Shown in pieces: positions 38,478 through 48,243 of a DNA stretch of 64,000 nucleotides. Both the position numbers and the translations under genes were made by a program. The number at the start of each line of letters is the position of its first letter. The first letter of the stretch is position 1. The notes beneath the pieces were generated by a model. The model was given only the letters and a program-made list of their open reading frames with translations. It was not told the origin of the DNA and ran no database searches. Source of the DNA: Candidatus Kaiserbacteria bacterium (GTDB lineage Bacteria > Patescibacteriota > Minisyncoccia > Phycocordibacterales > Phycocordibacteraceae); the NCBI GenBank assembly GCA_016217905.1, contig JACRFL010000013.1, positions 3,184 through 67,183 on the forward strand. Direction: 5' to 3'.

Positions 38478-40688
38478 TTATTTTGCGACGGAGACCGCTT
38501 CGTCGAACTTCACCGAGAGGAGCTTGGAAACGCCGTCGCCGCCCATGGTAACGCCGTAGAGAACGCTCGTGCGGCTCATGGTTTCGCGATTGTGGGTGAT
38601 GACGATGAGTTGCGACTTCTGCGCGAGGTTCTCGATCATGTCGCCGTAGCGGCGGCTGTTCGCCTCGTCCAAGGCGGCATCGGTTTCATCGAGTATAAGA
38701 AATGGCGGCGGGTTCACCTGGCTCATCGCGAAGATGAGCGCGATCGAAGTGAGCGCGCGCTCGCCGCCCGAGAGCTGCATCAAGGAGCGCACCTTTTTCT
38801 TCGGCAGATTGACGGCTATTTCTATGCCGGGACGCTCTTCTTTCTCTGGTTCGTCGCTCGATTCTTCTTCACCATCTTCTAACTCTTCGGGTTCTTCCGG
38901 CTCTTCGAGCGTGAGCCGCGCGCCGCCGCCGCCGAACATAAGCGCGAAGTATTCGCCGAACGATGCGTTCACCTTGGTGAGCCCTTCGGAGAAATGCTTC
39001 GCGAGCTCTGTGTCAAGGTCGTGGATGAGCGAACCGAGACCTGCAGAGGACTTCGCAAGATCCTCAAGCTCGGTCGCAAGAAACGCTTCTCGCTCCGACA
39101 CCTCCTTGTGCTCCTGCCGGATCTCTTCGCCGGTACCACCCGCCTCCTCGAGGCGAATCTTGGTGCGCTCAAGGACGCGCTTACGATCTTCTTGCACTTT
39201 GCGCTCCCCATCGGGCAGTTGTGCAAGAGGCGCATACGAGATGGTCGCCGTGCCAGCGATGGCGAGCGCTTCTCCTTTGTCACGTTCAAGCGACTCGGCG
39301 AGGAGCGTGAGTTCGAACTCGCGCGCCTCGGCCTTGGCTATCTCGCCCTCCTCGCGCGCCTTCGTTTGTGCAAGGTCGAGGATGCGTCGCCTCACTTCGC
39401 GGCCGGTCTCTTCAAGCGCAAGCATCGCTTCGCGGGAGCGCGCACGCGCCGACTCGGCATTCTCGAGCGCCGCCGAGGCGGCCGCATATTTCTCGGCGAG
39501 CGCGCTTCGCTCCTGCTCAAGCTTCAGAGCGGCATTTTCCTCCTCGGAGAAATAGTCGTCTCGGGGCGCGCCGTGCCGGGAGAAGAAGAATCTGACCGCC
39601 GCAGCGATCGCGTCAAGCGCGGCGCGTAACGCCTCGACGCTCCCACCGGCGACGGTCTGAGCCTGCTTCTCGACCTCGTCGCGCAACGCTTCGAGCTCTT
39701 CGCGCGGCACCTTCGCGTACGGCTCACGTGCGACCGCAGAGGCGCGCCGCTTCACCTCCGCGAGCGCGCCCTCGACGCGGCCGATATCGCGCGAGAGCGA
39801 GGCGCGCGCACTCGAGTTCTCGACGACCTCCCGTTCCGCCCTCCGCAGCGCTTCGGCGCGCTGAACCGTCTCATGGTCTGCCGACTTTGGGTCTGCGACC
39901 CGATCGAGCTCGACGCTCACTACCGCAAGGCGTTCGGTCGCGTTTCGCTTCTCTCCAGCAACTTTTATTTTCTCTTGCGCAAGATAGGCGTCCTCGATTG
40001 CAAAGTACGTCTGCGCGAGTCCGACGAGCTCGACGCGGAGCGTATCGGCGCGCTCAAGCTTCTTCACCTGTCCTTCGAGGAATCGCAGATGCGGCGCGAG
40101 CTCGCGCCGCAACGAGTTGACCTGCGCAATATTCTCTTCGGTCTTTTCAAGTTTTTTCTCCGCCTCGCGTTTTTTAAATTCGTAAATCTTTAGTCCAAGC
40201 GCGTCCTCAAGTATCGCGCGGCGGTCGCGGGGAGAGGCGAGCAGTATCCTATCCGCCTCGCCCTGGGAAATGATGTGGTGCCCCGTCTCGCCGATGTTCG
40301 CGCCGGCCAAGAGCTCCTCTATGTCGCGCAGCCGCACGCGCGAGCCGTTAATGGAGTACTCGCTCGCTCCGTCGCGCAGCACGGCGCGCTCGATCGAGAC
40401 TTCGTCGAAGTCGATCTTGAACGTACGCCGGGAATTATCGAATACGATCGTCACAGCCGCGCGATTTGCCCTTGGGACTGTATGGGAACCGCCCCAGATG
40501 AGGTCCTCCGCACGCTTGCCGCGCATGCTCTTCATCGACTGCTCGCCGAGCGCGAAGCGGAACGCCTCGGCGACATTCGATTTGCCTGAGCCGTTCGGGC
40601 CGACGATCGCGGTCGTAGAATTGGAAAAATCCAAAACCGTCTTCTTGGCGAACGACTTAAACCCGACGATCTCCAATCGCTTCAGCAT
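38478..40688 (-). CDS. smc: SMC-family chromosome segregation ATPase (unusually short, 736 aa)
   Basis: N-terminal Walker A GPNGSGKSN. C-terminal signature/Walker B LSGGERALTSIALIFAM ... FLILDETDAALD. Long coiled-coil middle; no clear hinge seen. Confidence 0.7.
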   Translation of the reverse strand: MLKRLEIVGFKSFAKKTVLDFSNSTTAIVGPNGSGKSNVAEAFRFALGEQSMKSMRGKRAEDLIWGGSHTVPRANRAAVTIVFDNSRRTFKIDFDEVSIERAVLRDGASEYSINGSRVRLRDIEELLAGANIGETGHHIISQGEADRILLASPRDRRAILEDALGLKIYEFKKREAEKKLEKTEENIAQVNSLRRELAPHLRFLEGQVKKLERADTLRVELVGLAQTYFAIEDAYLAQEKIKVAGEKRNATERLAVVSVELDRVADPKSADHETVQRAEALRRAEREVVENSSARASLSRDIGRVEGALAEVKRRASAVAREPYAKVPREELEALRDEVEKQAQTVAGGSVEALRAALDAIAAAVRFFFSRHGAPRDDYFSEEENAALKLEQERSALAEKYAAASAALENAESARARSREAMLALEETGREVRRRILDLAQTKAREEGEIAKAEAREFELTLLAESLERDKGEALAIAGTATISYAPLAQLPDGERKVQEDRKRVLERTKIRLEEAGGTGEEIRQEHKEVSEREAFLATELEDLAKSSAGLGSLIHDLDTELAKHFSEGLTKVNASFGEYFALMFGGGGARLTLEEPEEPEELEDGEEESSDEPEKEERPGIEIAVNLPKKKVRSLMQLSGGERALTSIALIFAMSQVNPPPFLILDETDAALDEANSRRYGDMIENLAQKSQLIVITHNRETMSRTSVLYGVTMGGDGVSKLLSVKFDEAVSVAK

Positions 40689-40728
40689 TGTCTCTTTATT
40701 GTATCAAATGAAAAGAGTTGTTTTCTGC

Positions 40729-41418
40729 TTACCAACCCATCTTCTCGAGTGCGTTCTGAGCGGAAGATTGTTCGGCTTCTTGCTTAGAGTTCCCTTCTCC
40801 GCGGGCGATTTCGGAGGAGCCAATGAAGACGCCGACGGTGAAGCGCTTGTCGTGATCGGGCCCGACTTCAGAGAGAGTCTCGTAGGCAGGCGTGATGCCC
40901 CGCTTCTCCTGTGCGCTTTCCTGGAACCTGCTCTTCGCGTCTTGGTAGGAGCGCTTGGCGATAACCTCGTCGATTTTAATGTACACATTCCGCGCGATGA
41001 ATTGTTCGGCCGGCGCGTAGCCCTGATCCAAATAGATTGCGCCGATGACTGCTTCGAACGCATCCGCGAGGATCACATCGCGCGCGCGGCCGGTATCTTT
41101 CGCCTCACCCTTCGAGAGCAGCAAAAAATCATTGATGCCGAGCGCCTGCGCGCGCTCGGCCAAGGAGACGGTGTTTACGAGCGCGGCGCGATACGCCGTG
41201 AGCTCCCCTTCGGGCTTCTCGGGGAATTTTTTAAAAAGAAAATCAGTAGTGGCGAGCTCAAGCACCGCATCACCGAGAAACTCGAGCCGCTCGTTGTGAG
41301 ACCCCGTGTATTCGCGGTGCTCGTTGAGGTAGGAGCGGTGCGTCAGGGCCTCGATAAGAAGGTCGAGGCTGTTGAAGGAGAGACCGAGTCGTGCTGCGAA
41401 AACGTTGAAATCAGGCAT
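40729..41418 (-). CDS. rnc: Ribonuclease III
   Basis: RNase III signature ERLEFLGDAVLE plus C-terminal dsRBD. Start at MPDFNVF (41418). Confidence 0.88.
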   Translation of the reverse strand: MPDFNVFAARLGLSFNSLDLLIEALTHRSYLNEHREYTGSHNERLEFLGDAVLELATTDFLFKKFPEKPEGELTAYRAALVNTVSLAERAQALGINDFLLLSKGEAKDTGRARDVILADAFEAVIGAIYLDQGYAPAEQFIARNVYIKIDEVIAKRSYQDAKSRFQESAQEKRGITPAYETLSEVGPDHDKRFTVGVFIGSSEIARGEGNSKQEAEQSSAQNALEKMGW

Positions 41419-42328
41419 GAAGTTGCGTCTCACGTGCGGCGCCGGCGTGGTCGAGGAGTTTCTGGACGGCGACAGTGACGATGGGGAGCATATCATCGTA
41501 GAAATTGAGATCAATGATGTCCTGGAGCCGGAACCATTTCGCGTCGTCGAGCCCGCCGCTCTTCTTCAGCTGAAGCGGCTCGAAGTTGCTCGACGCGAGG
41601 AAGAACCAGACGTGCTTCCTGACCTTCCCTTTCTCCGGGTGCGAAGCGACGTATTCGTTCTCGCCGACCTGTGCGCCCACGGAAGCGGTGAGACCGAGTT
41701 CTTCCTTGATGACGCGCGCGACGCCCGTCTGCGGCGTCGCGTCCTCTTCGATGTGGCCCTTCGAGAGCGTCCAGTGGCCGAAGACGTCGTGCACGAGCGC
41801 GAGGTAATACTGTCCCTCGTGCTTGGCATACACGATGGCGCCGCCCATTTTCTCAAGCGGCAATTCTTCGCGCTTTACTTTCTTTCCTCCGTGCTCGTTC
41901 TTGCCGGGTTCGCCGAGCTCCTTGTAGACCGCGCCGAGGACTCCGTTAACGAACCGGCCGCTCGAGTCGCCGCCGAAGGTCTTCGCGAGCTCGATGGCTT
42001 CGTTGATAGCGACTTTTGCGGGTACCTGTGTGCGATCGGCGAAGAGGAGTTCGTGGAGCCCGAGGCGGAGGATGTTGCGGTCAATGGGTGCGATGCGCTC
42101 CAAAGGCCACTCGGGAGCGGCTTTTTCGATGACGAGATCGATGTCGCTTTTCTTGGTGAGGACGCCCGAGAGAAGGCCATTCATGAACGATTGGTCGACA
42201 TCGCCGCTGCCGAACTCCTCGACATTGCGCGCGAGGATCGCGAACGTGTCCTTCTCGGACGCATGCATGGTGTCCCACTCAAAGAGTGTTTGAAGGACAA
42301 TGGAACGCGCGAGGTGTCGATTCGCCAT
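41411..42328 (-). CDS. nusB: NusB antitermination factor fused to a C-terminal Nudix hydrolase domain (start at MANRHL, 42328; tracker TTG start rejected)
   Basis: NusB fold from the start to about residue 150 (IVLQTLFEWD ... RFVNGVLGAVYKE). This is followed by a Nudix-box-like GHIEEDATPQTGVARVIKEELGL and a Nudix C-terminal part. Confidence 0.65.
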   Translation of the reverse strand: MANRHLARSIVLQTLFEWDTMHASEKDTFAILARNVEEFGSGDVDQSFMNGLLSGVLTKKSDIDLVIEKAAPEWPLERIAPIDRNILRLGLHELLFADRTQVPAKVAINEAIELAKTFGGDSSGRFVNGVLGAVYKELGEPGKNEHGGKKVKREELPLEKMGGAIVYAKHEGQYYLALVHDVFGHWTLSKGHIEEDATPQTGVARVIKEELGLTASVGAQVGENEYVASHPEKGKVRKHVWFFLASSNFEPLQLKKSGGLDDAKWFRLQDIIDLNFYDDMLPIVTVAVQKLLDHAGAARETQLHA

Positions 42329-42378
42329 GTTAAAGATCTGTGCTCGTAGTATAGCAAACAACGCGGCCGCGTGGATTG

Positions 42379-42407
42379 CCAACTTGGAGGTCCGGCCTCC
42401 AAGTTGG
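42379..42407. repeat. Palindromic family A copy (CCAACTTGGAGGTCCGGCCTCCAAGTTGG) in the rpmF-nusB spacer; terminator/attenuator-like hairpin
   Basis: 12-bp perfect arms, 5-nt loop. Confidence 0.75.
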
Positions 42408-42408
42408 A

Positions 42409-42762
42409 TTATGCGCCGCCGCCGAAGCCGCTACGCGCCTTGGGGCGGCCGCCGGTCGCGAGCTTTCCGAAAATTCCTTTCGAGCTTTTTGCGTCGGCAT
42501 TCGCGTGCTCCTCGTGCGCGTGTTCATGAGCATGCTTTGCTTCGGGCGAGGTCGAAGGGCCTTTCACCTTTTCTTTTGAAACACGCGTCCCGCGGGCTGG
42601 TGCGATCTGCTTGCCGCGGTACATTCCCGTCGCTTCGTCGAGGCGGTGCGGGAGGCGTGCGTTGCCGCTCTCTTTATCATTCACGATATTCGTGTTCTTG
42701 AGCGCGTGGTGTGACCGGCGATTGCTGGTGTGGCCTCTGGTGTGGCGCATGCGAATTGACAT
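42409..42762 (-). CDS. rpmF: 50S ribosomal protein L32 with long His/Ala/Gly-rich C-terminal extension
   Basis: N-terminus [21 protein letters not shown] ... GMYRGKQI matches the L32 RRSHDAL ... GYYRGRK signature. About 60 extra C-terminal residues ([10 protein letters not shown]). Confidence 0.7.
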   Translation of the reverse strand: MSIRMRHTRGHTSNRRSHHALKNTNIVNDKESGNARLPHRLDEATGMYRGKQIAPARGTRVSKEKVKGPSTSPEAKHAHEHAHEEHANADAKSSKGIFGKLATGGRPKARSGFGGGA

Positions 42763-42839
42763 AGGCACCACCCTATCATGCCGCGGATAAAAAATCAAAA
42801 CGTCGCCTATAGGGCGACGTTTGCTAATCTGGGAGTCCG

Positions 42840-43133
42840 CTAAGTGGCGGCCTCGGTTTTCCTGCAGGCACAGGTCTGCGCCTCCGCAGCGGAAACTGCG
42901 GCGCGCTGAATCCCGCAACACACCGTAAACTTACTGATGCCCTTTCTGTCAATTGCCGTCGGGCCGATGCAGCCGACGCAATTCTTAAAACCGAAAGTTC
43001 TCAATGCATCGGGCGTTGGTTTGACCGTCCCATTTTCATTTATGTGGAACTCTTGTAGGCGGTCACGTTGGCCGCTAAGCGACCCTTCTTGTTGCAGCAT
43101 ATCTTCTCCTTGAAAGATCTCGTTCTTGCCCAA
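42840..43133 (-). CDS. Small Cys-rich hypothetical protein upstream of rpmF
   Basis: 97 aa with CVGC ... CC ... CAC. Positionally where DUF177/YceD is often found, but homology is not established. Confidence 0.4.
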   Translation of the reverse strand: MGKNEIFQGEDMLQQEGSLSGQRDRLQEFHINENGTVKPTPDALRTFGFKNCVGCIGPTAIDRKGISKFTVCCGIQRAAVSAAEAQTCACRKTEAAT

Positions 43134-43165
43134 CCCCCATGGCTGGACAAGCGACTACCATATCC

Positions 43166-43765
43166 TTATTCCCGAATGGAATCAAGATGCAGGAAGGAAC
43201 GGCGGTGGATAACGCAGGGGCCGTATTTTTCAAGTGCTTCGTAATGCGCGCGGGTACCGTAGCCCTTGTGCTTCTCAAAACCGTAGAGCGGGTACTCTGC
43301 CGACAGCCGGACCATGAGCCGGTCGCGGCTGACCTTCGCCGCAATAGAGGCGAGTGAGATAAGCGGAACGAGCTCGTCGCCGCCCACGATAGTTTCTTGC
43401 GCATATTCAGGCGGCGCCTTGAGTGCCCCGTCCAGCAGAATACGGAAGTCAGACTTCCGTACTTCTCCTACGAGAACACGTACGCCGCGGAAGAGCGCGC
43501 GACGCACGGCTGTTACGATTCCTTCCCTGTCGATTATTCCGGCGCTCTCGAACTCGACCGTAAAGCGCGCGTCGCCCAGGGCGACGCGCGCTTCGAGCAT
43601 CCGGTAAATCGCCTCCCTTTTCTTTTCTGAAAGTTTTTTCGAGTCCCTGACGCCCGGGAACTCGCCCGCCACATCGAACCCTTCCGGCATCGCGACCACG
43701 CCGACCGCCAAGGGTCCCGCCAAGGGTCCCCGCCCCGCTTCATCCACCCCGAGCAAGAATCGCAT
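43166..43765 (-). CDS. rnhB: Ribonuclease HII
   Basis: LGVDEAGRGPLAGPL catalytic N-terminus. Contains a family B palindrome in frame. Confidence 0.88.
   Translation of the reverse strand: MRFLLGVDEAGRGPLAGPLAVGVVAMPEGFDVAGEFPGVRDSKKLSEKKREAIYRMLEARVALGDARFTVEFESAGIIDREGIVTAVRRALFRGVRVLVGEVRKSDFRILLDGALKAPPEYAQETIVGGDELVPLISLASIAAKVSRDRLMVRLSAEYPLYGFEKHKGYGTRAHYEALEKYGPCVIHRRSFLHLDSIRE
43441..43461. repeat. Palindromic family B copy (TACGGAAGTCAGACTTCCGTA) in frame inside rnhB
   Basis: 10-bp arms. Encodes RKSDFR on the coding (minus) strand. Confidence 0.8.
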
Positions 43766-43785
43766 ACAGAAAGTATACTAGTCCC

Positions 43786-46700
43786 ATGGCCTCGCGCTTC
43801 ATCCACCTGCATACGCACAGCCACTACAGCTTTCTCCAGGCGTTACCGAAAGTTGACGAGCTGGTGGAGAAAGCGAAAAAGGAGGGCATGGATGCGCTCG
43901 CGCTCACCGACGCGGGTAACATGCACGGCGCGATAGAGTTCTACAAAGCGGCGAAAGCGGCCGGCGTAAAGCCCATTCTCGGAGTCGACGCGTATCTCGC
44001 TCCGCGCTCGCGGCACGACCGAGACCACGCCCTCGACGCGAAGCGCTCACGCCTCGTCCTTCTCGCAGAAAACAACGAAGGTTACGCGAACCTCCTCGCG
44101 CTTGTGACGAAGTCGTGGACGGAGGGGTTCTTCGAGCGTCCGCGCCTCGACAAGGAGCTTCTGCGCGAATATTCGCGCGGCATCATCGCGCTTCTGCCCT
44201 CGTTCGCGGGCGACATCGCGCAGTGTTTGCGCGCCGGAGACGCTGACGGCGCCGCAGCCGCGCTCGCCGAATTCAAAAATATCTTCGGCGCCGGGAACGT
44301 CTTTTTGGAAATTACGCACCATCCGAAAGTCGAGGGACATGAAGCGCTCATGCAAAAAATCGTTGCGCTCGGGCAGACGAGCGGTACGCCGCTCGTCGCC
44401 CAGCACGACGTGTACTATCTGGAGACCTCCGACCGCGAAGCGACCGAGATTATGCGCCGCATCCAGCACGGCGCACACGGCAGGAATGAGGACGAGGATT
44501 TCTCCTTTATTGGCGAAAAAGCCGCGGAGAAAATTTTTAAGGATACTCCCGACGCGATCGACAATTCGCGGAAGATCGCAGACCGCTGTTCCGTCTCTTT
44601 TGACCTCGGGAAATGGACCTTCCCCGCCGTGCCGGTGTCGCCCGGTTTTAAAAACCACGACGAAGAGCTCCGAGCGAAGGCGTACGCCGGCATCGCGACA
44701 CGGAAACTCGAAGAAACAAAAGAGGTTACCGACCGCATCGAATACGAATTGAATATCATTATCGGCAAAGATTTTGCGGTGTATTACCTCATCGTCGCGG
44801 ACCTGCTCGCGTTCGCGCGGCGCGAAGGCATCCTCACCACCACACGCGGGAGCGCTGCCGGAAGCCTCGTCGCGTATCTCATCGGCATCACGAACGTGAA
44901 TCCGCTTTTCTACAAGCTCCCCTTCGAACGGTTCCTCAATCCGGAGCGCCCGAAAGCGCCGGACATCGACATGGACATGGCCGACAACCGCCGCGACGAG
45001 ATGGTCGCGTACACGAAGCGGAAATACGGCGAAGACCACGTCGCACAGATAGGAACCTTCGGCACGATGATGGCGAGGGCGGCGGTGCGCGATGTCGCGC
45101 GCGCTCTCGGCCACGCCTATAGCGCCGGCGACCGCATCGCAAAGCTCATTCCGATGGGTTCTCAGGGTTTCCCGATGACCATCGACCGCGCGCTCGAGCT
45201 CGAGTCGGATCTGAAAGCGCTCTACGATGAGGACGACGAGTCGCGGGAAATACTCGACCTCGCAAAGCGCATTGAGGGCTGCGTGCGGCACGTGGGAGTG
45301 CATGCGGCGGGCGTCGTGGTCGCGCCGACCCCGCTTATCGAGTGGACGCCTATCCAGCCCGACCCGAAGGGTACCGGCAAGCTCATTACGCAATACGACA
45401 TGTACTCCATTACTGACGAGTACGGCGGTGTCGGGCTCCTGAAATTCGATTTCCTCGGCATCAAGAACCTTGCCATCCTCGCCGACGCGGTTGCACGCGT
45501 GAAAGAGACGCGCGGTATTGAGATCGATATCGAAAATGTTCCTATCGACGATGGTAAAACGTATCAGATGCTCGCTCGCGGTGAGACGGAGGGGACCTTC
45601 CAGCTAAACGGCTCCGGCATGACCCGCTGGCTGAAGGAGCTGTGCCCCACGACCATCCACGACATCAACGCGATGGTCGCGCTCTATCGCCCGGGGCCGA
45701 TGGAGACGATTCCGCAATACATTGAACGAAAGCACAATCCCAAGCTCGTCCGCTACGCGGACGAGCGCATGAAGGAGTATCTTGACTTCTCCTACGGCCT
45801 CCTCGTCTACCAAGATGACGTGCTCCTTACCGCCATCAAGCTCGCCGGCTATTCCTGGCTCGAGGCGGACCAGCTTCGCAAAGCGATGGGGAAAAAAATC
45901 CCGAAAGTCATGCAGGCGGAAAAACAGAAACTGACCCGGGGGTTCATCGGATACGGAAAACTTTCGGAGAGCATGGCGGAAAAACTCTGGAAGCTCATTG
46001 AGCCGTTCGCCGCGTACGGCTTCAACAAGGCACACGCAGCTTCATACGGCAAGGTCGCCTATCAAACGGCGTATATGAAAGCGAATTATCCGGTGGAGTA
46101 TCTCGCCGCACTCCTGACCGCCGACTCGGGCGACACCGACTCCATCGCCATTTTCGTCGCTGAAGCCAAGCGCATGGGTATCCCCGTATTTCCCCCGGAC
46201 GTGAACGAAAGCGGAACGGCATTTACCGTTGTCGGCGCGGATAGAGACGCGATCCGCTTCGGTTTGTCGTCCATTAAGAACTTCGGTGACGGCATCTCGG
46301 AGGCGATCATCGCCGAACGGAAGAAGCGCGGCCCTTTTGCTTCCCTCTCCGATTTCCTCTCTAGCGTCGGCTCGAGAAACCTGAACCGAAAATCGCTTGA
46401 GTCCTTGATCAAATGCGGAGCGCTTGACTCTCTAAACTCCTCACGCGACGGACGCGGCACCTTGCTCGACGGCATCGAAACCCTTCTCGCCTTTCATAAA
46501 GAGGCGACCGTGGTGGCGCCGCAAGATTCCCTTTTCGGCTCGCTCAACTTGGCGCCTTCGCTTACGCTTCCGGAAGGCAAGCCGACCTCGCTCTTTGACA
46601 AGCTCGCCTGGGAAAAGGAATTGCTCGGTATTTACGTAAGCGGCCACCCGCTTGATGCGCATGAAGCCATCGTCAAAAAATCTGCCTTTTCCGTTAAAAA

Positions 46701-46968
46701 AATAAAAGAAGAACCGCAGCCAGGAATGCTTCTCATCCTGCCCGTGCTCGTCTCAATCGTGCGCGCTCTTCTTACTAAGAGCGGCGAAAAGATGGCGTTC
46801 GTCACGATGGAAGACACCACAGACTCCATTGAAGCGGTCGTCTTCCCGAAACTTTTTAAAGAACATGCGGGCGTCATCGTGCCCGGAACATGTCTCCTTG
46901 TGAAAGGGAAAGTTTCGGTCCGAAACGGCGAACCCTCGCTCGCGATAGAAGAGCTCAAGCCGCTGTGA
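43786..46968 (+). CDS. dnaE: DNA polymerase III alpha subunit (compact, 1060 aa)
   Basis: PHP domain HLHTHSHYSF ... ALTDAGNMHG, polymerase core, OB-fold C-terminus. Confidence 0.92.
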   Translation: MASRFIHLHTHSHYSFLQALPKVDELVEKAKKEGMDALALTDAGNMHGAIEFYKAAKAAGVKPILGVDAYLAPRSRHDRDHALDAKRSRLVLLAENNEGYANLLALVTKSWTEGFFERPRLDKELLREYSRGIIALLPSFAGDIAQCLRAGDADGAAAALAEFKNIFGAGNVFLEITHHPKVEGHEALMQKIVALGQTSGTPLVAQHDVYYLETSDREATEIMRRIQHGAHGRNEDEDFSFIGEKAAEKIFKDTPDAIDNSRKIADRCSVSFDLGKWTFPAVPVSPGFKNHDEELRAKAYAGIATRKLEETKEVTDRIEYELNIIIGKDFAVYYLIVADLLAFARREGILTTTRGSAAGSLVAYLIGITNVNPLFYKLPFERFLNPERPKAPDIDMDMADNRRDEMVAYTKRKYGEDHVAQIGTFGTMMARAAVRDVARALGHAYSAGDRIAKLIPMGSQGFPMTIDRALELESDLKALYDEDDESREILDLAKRIEGCVRHVGVHAAGVVVAPTPLIEWTPIQPDPKGTGKLITQYDMYSITDEYGGVGLLKFDFLGIKNLAILADAVARVKETRGIEIDIENVPIDDGKTYQMLARGETEGTFQLNGSGMTRWLKELCPTTIHDINAMVALYRPGPMETIPQYIERKHNPKLVRYADERMKEYLDFSYGLLVYQDDVLLTAIKLAGYSWLEADQLRKAMGKKIPKVMQAEKQKLTRGFIGYGKLSESMAEKLWKLIEPFAAYGFNKAHAASYGKVAYQTAYMKANYPVEYLAALLTADSGDTDSIAIFVAEAKRMGIPVFPPDVNESGTAFTVVGADRDAIRFGLSSIKNFGDGISEAIIAERKKRGPFASLSDFLSSVGSRNLNRKSLESLIKCGALDSLNSSRDGRGTLLDGIETLLAFHKEATVVAPQDSLFGSLNLAPSLTLPEGKPTSLFDKLAWEKELLGIYVSGHPLDAHEAIVKKSAFSVKKIKEEPQPGMLLILPVLVSIVRALLTKSGEKMAFVTMEDTTDSIEAVVFPKLFKEHAGVIVPGTCLLVKGKVSVRNGEPSLAIEELKPL

Positions 46969-46982
46969 TATATTCCACAGAT

Positions 46983-48224
46983 ATGGATATGCCTGCGGAG
47001 AAAGAACGCGATCATAAGAAGCTCGGCAAAGAGCTTGACCTCTTCACCTTCTCGGACTCGGTCGGCAAAGGACTTCCTCTTTTCACCCCCAAGGGCTCGG
47101 TTGTTCGCCGCGAACTTGAACGTTTTATTGTTGACGAAGAGATTCGACGCGGCTACCTCCACGTGTACACGCCCGATATCGCGAAAATTGATTTGTATAA
47201 AAAAAGTGGTCACTATCCGCACTACAAGGATTCTATGTACGCGCCTATTGAAATAGACAAGGAACAATTTATGCTCCGTCCGATGACTTGTCCGCATCAC
47301 TTTGAACTCTACCTGCGCAAGCCGGTGAGCTATCGTGAGTTGCCGATGCGCATTGCCGAGCTCGCGAAACTGTATCGTTACGAACAGTCCGGCGAAATTA
47401 TGGGGCTGCAACGAGTTCGCACTTTCTGTCTGGCCGATGCACATATTATTTGCGCAAACGAAGAACAGGCCGTGGATGAAATCAGCGGGGCGCTTGACCT
47501 CATTGAATACGTCACTTCCGTATTCGATCTCGCGCTTGACGTGGATTACCGTTATCGCCTTTCGCTCGGCGATCGCGCGAACACAGAAAAATATTATGCA
47601 AATGACGACGGCTGGGAGAAAGCGGAGGACCTTCTGCGAAAGCTGATGCAAAAGCGCGGTTCAAAATTTGAAGAAGCGAAGGATGAGGCCGCCTTCTATG
47701 GACCGAAAATTGATATTCAAATGAAAAATGTGAACGGAAAAGAAGATACTGCCTTTACCGTGCAGTACGACTTTTGCATGCCGGAGCGATTTGACCTTTC
47801 ATACATCGGCGAGGATGGTGAAAAGCATCGTGCGTTTGTTGTGCATCGCTCCTCTATCGGTGCCATTGAACGTATTATGGCGTTCCTCATAGAGAAATAT
47901 GCGGGTGCCTTCCCGCTCTGGCTTGCGCCCGTGCAGGCCACAGTGTTGAGCGTGTCGGAGAAACATGCGGCGTATGCGCGGGAAGTCGCCAATGCGCTTA
48001 GGGCAGAGAACATCCGTGCGAACGTAGACGACACGAACGAATCGCTTGGGAAAAAGATACGCAACGCGAAGACGGAAAAAATTCCCTACTCGCTTGTCGT
48101 CGGCGATGCCGAAGTCGCCGCAAAGACAGTTTCGGTCGACAGCCGCGACCACGGAAAGCTCGGCGCGACTTCCCTGTCTGATTTCATTGCAAAAGCGGTT
48201 GAAGAAATAAGAGATCGAAAATAA
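46983..48224 (+). CDS. thrS: Threonyl-tRNA synthetase, catalytic plus anticodon-binding domains only (no N-terminal TGS/editing domains)
   Basis: Begins at the catalytic-core entry RDHKKLGKELDLF (about residue 240 of E. coli ThrRS). Class-II motifs. No upstream ORF encodes the editing domain. Confidence 0.8.
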   Translation: MDMPAEKERDHKKLGKELDLFTFSDSVGKGLPLFTPKGSVVRRELERFIVDEEIRRGYLHVYTPDIAKIDLYKKSGHYPHYKDSMYAPIEIDKEQFMLRPMTCPHHFELYLRKPVSYRELPMRIAELAKLYRYEQSGEIMGLQRVRTFCLADAHIICANEEQAVDEISGALDLIEYVTSVFDLALDVDYRYRLSLGDRANTEKYYANDDGWEKAEDLLRKLMQKRGSKFEEAKDEAAFYGPKIDIQMKNVNGKEDTAFTVQYDFCMPERFDLSYIGEDGEKHRAFVVHRSSIGAIERIMAFLIEKYAGAFPLWLAPVQATVLSVSEKHAAYAREVANALRAENIRANVDDTNESLGKKIRNAKTEKIPYSLVVGDAEVAAKTVSVDSRDHGKLGATSLSDFIAKAVEEIRDRK

Positions 48225-48239
48225 GGAAGTCTGACTTCC
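48225..48239. repeat. Palindromic family B copy (GGAAGTCTGACTTCC) immediately after the thrS stop; bidirectional terminator-like
   Basis: 7-bp arms, opposite orientation (central T). Confidence 0.6.
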
Positions 48240-48243
48240 CTAC

